The position numbers were made by a program, and so were the translations under genes. A DNA stretch of 62,146 nucleotides, counting the filler. It is 10 parts of 10 records of this genome, joined end to end, with 100 filler letters (N's around TTAATTAATTAA, not from the genome) between each part and the next. Parts side by side here need not be neighbours in the genome. Positions count along the whole stretch, not along the records: positions 51,751 to 58,296 come from SRR15195285_1710; positions 58,397 to 62,146 come from SRR15195285_1716; 8 more parts are not named here. One strand, 5' to 3'. Below are positions 53,712-62,146 of the stretch, piece by piece; within the stretch, counting starts at the first letter, position 1; every line of letters begins with the position of its first letter. Under the pieces are notes generated by a model. The model saw only the letters and a list, made by a program, of their open reading frames with translations. It ran no database searches and was not told the origin of the DNA.

Positions 53712-56700
53712 TTAGGTTTGGTCGCCAGATATCATCAGGGTGTCCTGCGGACCTCCACTTGCGCCCCCGTCGGTGCTGTCGGCCAGCGCTGTTGCCGTCT
53801 CAGCCTCGTCCGCAGCGCCAGATTCCTTGGCGTATTCGAGGAACCTGTATCAGCAAGATATTCCGGTCAACAATCGAAGCGCATAGCCACGCTCCTGTGC
53901 AAATTAGACCTGTTGCACATAGCTGCTAGCAGAAGGAGACTCTGATGCGTTGGCGCCAGCTTCGTTTGGCTTGCGGGCGACTAGCGACCCATTAGGGTCA
54001 ATCCGCCTGAGCATTCTGCGAAGCCCCAGAAGTGGAGCCATGGATGAACGTGCGAACCGCAGTGAGTACCCAAGTTAGTCAGTGTCACCGCTATCAGCAA
54101 AACAGCAGGTTGATAGTGGTGTATGAACAGCCGCTGGTAGGGGCAAATTGGACAATCGCGAGCGTGACCTGTGTGCCCATCAATTTGATGAGGATACGGT
54201 ACTAAGAAGGGCGTGCAATGGTTTCTCACCGGTCCCGAACTGCATTATCTACCTTCTCCTTGTAGTCCTCGAAGATGTCTTGGACCAGTACCATGTGTAA
54301 CCCGATCAGCAGTCGTGCCTCTGCAACAACATCGTTGTCTGCTGGCATTGGTTTGCCGACCTTTCGCTCGCACAGTCCATATCTGTTGCCGAAACAACGG
54401 GAAAGTGCAAATGAGCTAGACACGCACAAGTTACTCGCGCACGTGCACAACTCACAGGACCGAGAGAAAATCGACTGTGTGGTCCTCTGAGAGTTGATCC
54501 CACATGTTTTCGAGCGGTGTCTCGAACGTTGGGGCCTCGGTTGAGTCGACTGCAAACGCGAGACGCGGTCACGCGTGAGCACATCGCTAACATCTACATT
54601 GGCAGGCCAGATATATGCAAAAAGGGTGGCGAGTGTCATCTCACCCAGGAACCGCGAAAATTTACCATCGGGCAACTCAGGCAACCGCAGCTCGCGTGGG
54701 TCAATTTCCTCCTCCCCAGCCATCTCCTCACGCGCAAGTGCCCGGACGTGCGGCACGTCATCCTCTGGGATTCCTGTCTCCAGCAGCTTCAGCAATTTCG
54801 GCAACTGCTCCCTGGTGTTGATTATGCCTGTAGCATCTTTGTCGAATGACTGCCAACAAGCAACGAAATTGTCGCAGTCCTCTTTCGTGATAGGCAACCC
54901 AGCCAGCTCTGTGAGATCATCGAACTTAGACATGACGATGTTCACCGTCATTTCAATTGTAGAGAACATGATGATCAACGAGAAAACCATGAAGAAGATC
55001 TGGGCTGAACCCTTATTGCCACAATTTCCAGCCTCCTCGGTGCAGACAGACGGAGAGTACAAGTCTTCACTCACCATGCACGCATGTGTCATGCACGCGA
55101 AGCCGTCTGCCGTCGCGACACCGAAAAGTGTCATCATGGCAACTGGTGCGTTTTCGAAATTTCGGTATTTGCCAAGGCAAGGGCCGTGATGAGCAACTTT
55201 ACCAAACAGGTTCATCCCGAGAATCGCAAAGATGTAGAGGATGAGGAAGACCAACGTCGCAATCGAGAACAGACTTGGAAGCGCATTGATGAAAGTATCA
55301 AAGATGATCTGCAGTCCTTTTAGCTGCTGACTTGCCTTGAAAAGGCGACCAACCCGGCCGACGATACGCGCAATTCGGACAATGCGAAAAATCGCGTAGT
55401 TGACGCCTGTCATCAACTCGAAAACACGTAGCAAGATATCTACCCACGACCCGGCCACGACAAAAAAGTCGAATCGATTCCATGAATCTCGGAAGTACTC
55501 GGAGAACCCGAACGCGAAAATCTTGATAACTGCTTCAGCCGTGAAGATGATCGTACAGATCAAGTTCACACCTTCTTGAAAGTCCGCCATGGCCTCGCTC
55601 TCGCCATGCGTTTTCATTCCCATGACAACGCAATTCACCATGATTGTACACATGATGAATGTGTCGAACTTCGGACTGCTGGCAATCTTGAATGCCGCCT
55701 CGCGGTCCGCACGGGCAGGTTCGCGCTTCTTTTCTGCACGAACATGCTGCAGGTGCCGCATGATGCTAAGCCACTGCATCTGGTCCTTCGTCAACTTCTC
55801 CATTCCCGCCATTCGAATGGCGAGGTATTTCTCGTAAATGACACCCACGAACAAATTGAGCAAGAAAAAGTTGTTGATCACAACGAAAATTATAAAGAAG
55901 AAGCCCCACAGCGGGTTCGTGTCTCGCACAGGCGACCGACCGACTTCCGTTGCGTCCATGGCGTAGTGCGCCTTGACAATCCAGTCGTTCTGCGAAGATA
56001 TTTCAAAGAGTGCATACATGGACGTCATTGTGTCGTCGAAGTGGACGGGTGGGTTTTTCCATTTGGCTGCACGGATTTCGCCTCCGTCGATCCACGTTCC
56101 CACGCAGTCCTCAATCCCAGCGACCGAGTGGTCAGTGCATGACCAAAACCTTCCTTTCAGGAACATCATCGCCATCAGCGCAAATACGAGCCACATGAGA
56201 AACGTGACGCCAATGACATTCGACAGAGAGATCATGGACTGGGCCAAAGATGCCGCAAGTTGCTGCAGGCTCTTCACCCGGTTGAGCATACGCAAAGCGC
56301 GGAAAGCGCGTAGCAAGCGAAGTGATTTTAAATACCCAATATCTGCCGCTTGTGCAAGATAGTCGACCCAGGAAATCACGACAATGCCGAAATCTAATTT
56401 GTTCCAAACGTTCCAGGTGAGATACGCATCCTGTCCGCCGATGAAGCCAAACGCAACGGTCTTTAGCGCAGCCTCTGCTGTAAAGATCACTGAGAATGCC
56501 AGATCAAGCACGTTCAGCATGAACTTTTGGTCTGGATTGTCGCGTTCCAGGTAAGGTGTGTCCATGCCCATCGTGATACAGTTGCAAACGATGACGAACA
56601 GGATGAAGGTGTCGAAACCACTGTGAAGAACGAACTTGATCGAAAATCGCCGAAACGGATGATCTATAGCGAAAATGCCGAGCGACTTTCCAGGTTTCTC

Positions 56701-58296
56701 TTCAATTGCGGACTCGGCGCCTTCATCTTCGAACGGCAAGGCACTTCGTCGGACAGCCGGCTCCTCTGCGGGCAAGGTAAGATCATCCTCGTCACCTTCT
56801 GCGAGTGGATTGACCATCTCAGTTTCGGCTTCTCTGTGTGCCTCTCTGGCTGCGAGAGCTGCTTCCTGTGCAGCAGCCTTTTCGGCTGCAGCCAACATCT
56901 CGCCTTCCTCCGCGACGTACGACTCCAGGATGATGACCAGCAAGAGGTTCATAAGGACAAGCGCCCCTGCGAGAATCCAGGCCACGAAAAAAGACATGGC
57001 CCACTTATTTCCGACGCGAACAGTGTCGACCATGACTGAGTTCCAGGAGTCGTATGTCATGATTTGGAACGTCGTAAACATCGCGACCTCAAAGGAGTCG
57101 AAGTTCCACCTCGGCACATACTCTTCCTCCATATAGAGCCCGCCGAACATCTGCATCCCAAGAATGGTGAAGATGAACACGAACATCAAGAGCAGCAGCA
57201 AGATGTAGACGAGATCCCCCAACGTTGCTATCATTACGGTGAGGACAGTGCGCAGCGGCTCTAGCCAAGATATGATCTTCAACACCCGCAGCACGCGGAA
57301 CAGCCTGAAAATCCGGAACACCTTGAACGCGCGCACACCAACACCTGCCCATCCGACGAACTCTAGTACTCCAGCCACCACAACCACAACATCGAAGAGC
57401 GTGAAAAGGTCCGTCCAAAATTCCTTTGCTGTTTTGCCCATCTGCTTGATCACAAGCTCGCCAAGGAAAACGAAGGTGCAGACGTGATTTGCGATCTCCA
57501 GGTGATGCAGCCTTTCCGGTGTGATGTTATGCTCATCCATAGCCAGCGCAATGATGTTTAAGATTATCCACACCGCGAAGAACAAGTTGAATGCCGGATG
57601 CGTTAGGACCCTTTCTCTCACCCACTTGCGATAATCACCCAGCTTCACCAGCTCCTGGTACTCCACGCCTCTACTCACGTAGTCACCCTCAATCACTCTG
57701 CTCGCTGTGAACTCGACGGCATTCCCGACTAAGCATTCTTCTTCGACAATTCGTCGCAAGTAGATCCGCTTCAAACTTTTGGTCACACCGTTGTCCAAGG
57801 CCACTGTGAGCTTTTGCTTATCGCCCAGCTTCCCATCCTGCACAGTACCTTGCTGATTGTTGAACTCCATCGCCTCTCCTCGGCCTTTGTACACAACCAC
57901 TCGCTCGCCCTGCTCCAGCACGCCGCTGTCGTCGTGCATCACAACTCTTTTCTGTGTCATCCGTTCGTTCCAGATGGTGATGTATGACTTTCCCTCAGCT
58001 AGCATTTCTCCGTTGTCGTGCTGCGTTACCTTCGGCTGGTTGTAAACCACCAGCCTGCGCTCGGTATTTCCCCATGCAAACCCCTCGAAAATGTCGTCGT
58101 ATTTTTGGATGGCAGCCTCGATTCTTGAGTGATCCTGAATATGCATGACGTCTGACACGACACGGATGACGTAGGACATTGTGCTTTCCTTAGTGTGCTG
58201 CAGCTCCTGCAGAAACGCGAGAACAGAGGCGGGTCAGGCCAAAACAGTTCTGGGCGACGGTTGTGAAAGCAAGGATGCGCGGGACATACGGCGAGT
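53712..58296 (-). CDS. Four-domain voltage-gated Ca2+/Na+ channel alpha subunit (domains II-IV present; domain I lost in the gap)
   Basis: S4 segments RAFKVFRIFRLFRVLRVLK, KSLRLLRAFRALRML, RIVRIARIVGRVGR; P-loops FQIMTYDSW, FEISSQNDW, FGVATADGF; LLNLFVGVI..LTKDQMQW; EF-like WQSFDKDATG; 3' exons spliced to a stop at 53712-53714. Confidence 0.92.
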
Positions 58297-58396
58297 NNNN
58301 NNNNNNNNNNNNNNNNNNNNNNNNNNNNNNNNNNNNNNNNTTAATTAATTAANNNNNNNNNNNNNNNNNNNNNNNNNNNNNNNNNNNNNNNNNNNN
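58297..58396. other. Artificial contig spacer
   Basis: N44-TTAATTAATTAA-N44. Confidence 0.97.
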
Positions 58397-59237
58397 GGCC
58401 GATTCTTTTGTTCAGCAGCGTCTCATTTTTCATGATGATCTGTCTCTCGGCTGCGTCCGCCTGGACTTTGTTCTCCTTTTTGCTGTGTGGTCAGAGGTCT
58501 GAAATTTCTCACTCGTGGCGTGCTCCTGCCTGCCTGGCTGGTGCAGGTACTACACATTCAACTTCTGCAAGGCCGTCATCATCGCCCGAGCTGCTGTGCC
58601 TCGCCCGGACGGCCTCCTCACGGCCCTCGAGTCGTTCATTGTCGGGTACGCTCTTCGGATGTTTGCCTTTGCCCCGCCGAGTGCTCTGTCTCCTCTGCAA
58701 GTAGCTCGAGTGGCAGGTGAAGTTTCTGCCACGCTGACTAGTGCATTTGTGCTGCCGGCTGTTGTCGGTGGGCCGCACAGGCTGATCGGTCGCGCTGTCG
58801 CGACCATCCTGACCTTCCCGGCGCAGCGAGCAAATGTCATGGCAAAGGCTGGAAACAGCGGTGCGTGAAATGTCCTCTTTCTGCGATGACGAGCCAAATC
58901 GCCTGTCTTCCAAACTTGACGTGCGCGATTCTTGGACGATCTCATGAATATGCAGATAGCAGCAAAGGCCTCATCGGGACGCTGATCGAAGTGTACAAAC
59001 AGGATGGCATTGGCAAGCTCTACTCCGGCATGCAGCCAGAGATCACGCGTGGCTGCCTCTCGGCGGGTCTCGTGCGTGCCAGCTGGCCTCATCCATGCGG
59101 TCCCACTACGCTCTGTCCATTCGGGCCATTCCATTGTTCTAATTGGTTTGGAACGGTGTGTGGTGTTGTAGATGATGATGGTAAAGGAGCGGATTGGCGC
59201 CCTATGTTACGCGATGGTTGTACGCAACACTGCTTAG
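58397..59237 (+). CDS. Mitochondrial-carrier (SLC25) family protein, peroxisomal PMP34/ANT1-like; 5'-truncated, multi-exon
   Basis: AVATILTFPAQRANV, EVYKQDGIGKLYSGMQPEITRG.LSAGL|MMMVKERI. Confidence 0.75.
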
Positions 59238-59386
59238 CGGACGCGTCCGACCTTGTTTCATCAAATGCTCTTGCCGTGGCAGAAGCAAGAATATATGCAG
59301 GAAGGCTGTTGGGGTGGAAAATACAACAGACAGCGCGTGGAACAGCAGCTGCCTGCTTCTGCATGTGGAATAAAGATCTGATTCTC

Positions 59387-62146
<2,760 letters not shown>

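Overview
This window is eukaryotic DNA, not prokaryotic. It consists of ten contigs joined by nine artificial 100-bp spacers (N44-TTAATTAATTAA-N44), so gene order across spacers is uninformative. The DNA is gene-dense and GC-rich, with short GT-AG introns (mostly about 60-150 bp), consistent with a draft genome or MAG/SAG of a heterotrophic protist (taxon not determinable here). About 20 protein genes are recognisable: bicupin, ELWxxDGT-repeat membrane protein, TRPM-like channel, arylsulfatase, GH20-like fragment, PhyH dioxygenase, secreted PARG-like protein, TDP1, M14 carboxypeptidase, sialate O-acetylesterase, EF-hand coiled-coil protein, PKD2-like channel, FANCA-like protein, secreted TLDc/LNR/EGF protein, FA2H, FMO, makorin, GHL15/GH168-like hydrolase, Ank-PX-PTB protein, four-domain Cav/Nav-type channel, SLC25 carrier and KDM2/7 JmjC demethylase. 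Five observations stand out. (1) A TRPM-like channel has its NUDT9-like Nudix domain nested inside the N-terminal SLOG (MHR1/2) domain instead of at the C-terminus, along with a circularly permuted cadherin-like module. (2) A signal-peptide-bearing, Cys-rich PARG-like protein has a GGG-x9-QDE motif. (3) There is an apparent FANCA orthologue in a protist-like genome. (4) A voltage-gated channel has an x-D-N-D filter and a dynein-N-terminal-domain-like insert in its I-II loop. (5) There are TDP1-WWE and COMMD-like/Ank/PX/PTB fusions. All homology calls come from visual motif matching against remembered family consensus sequences; no database search was run, and splice sites were picked by eye.
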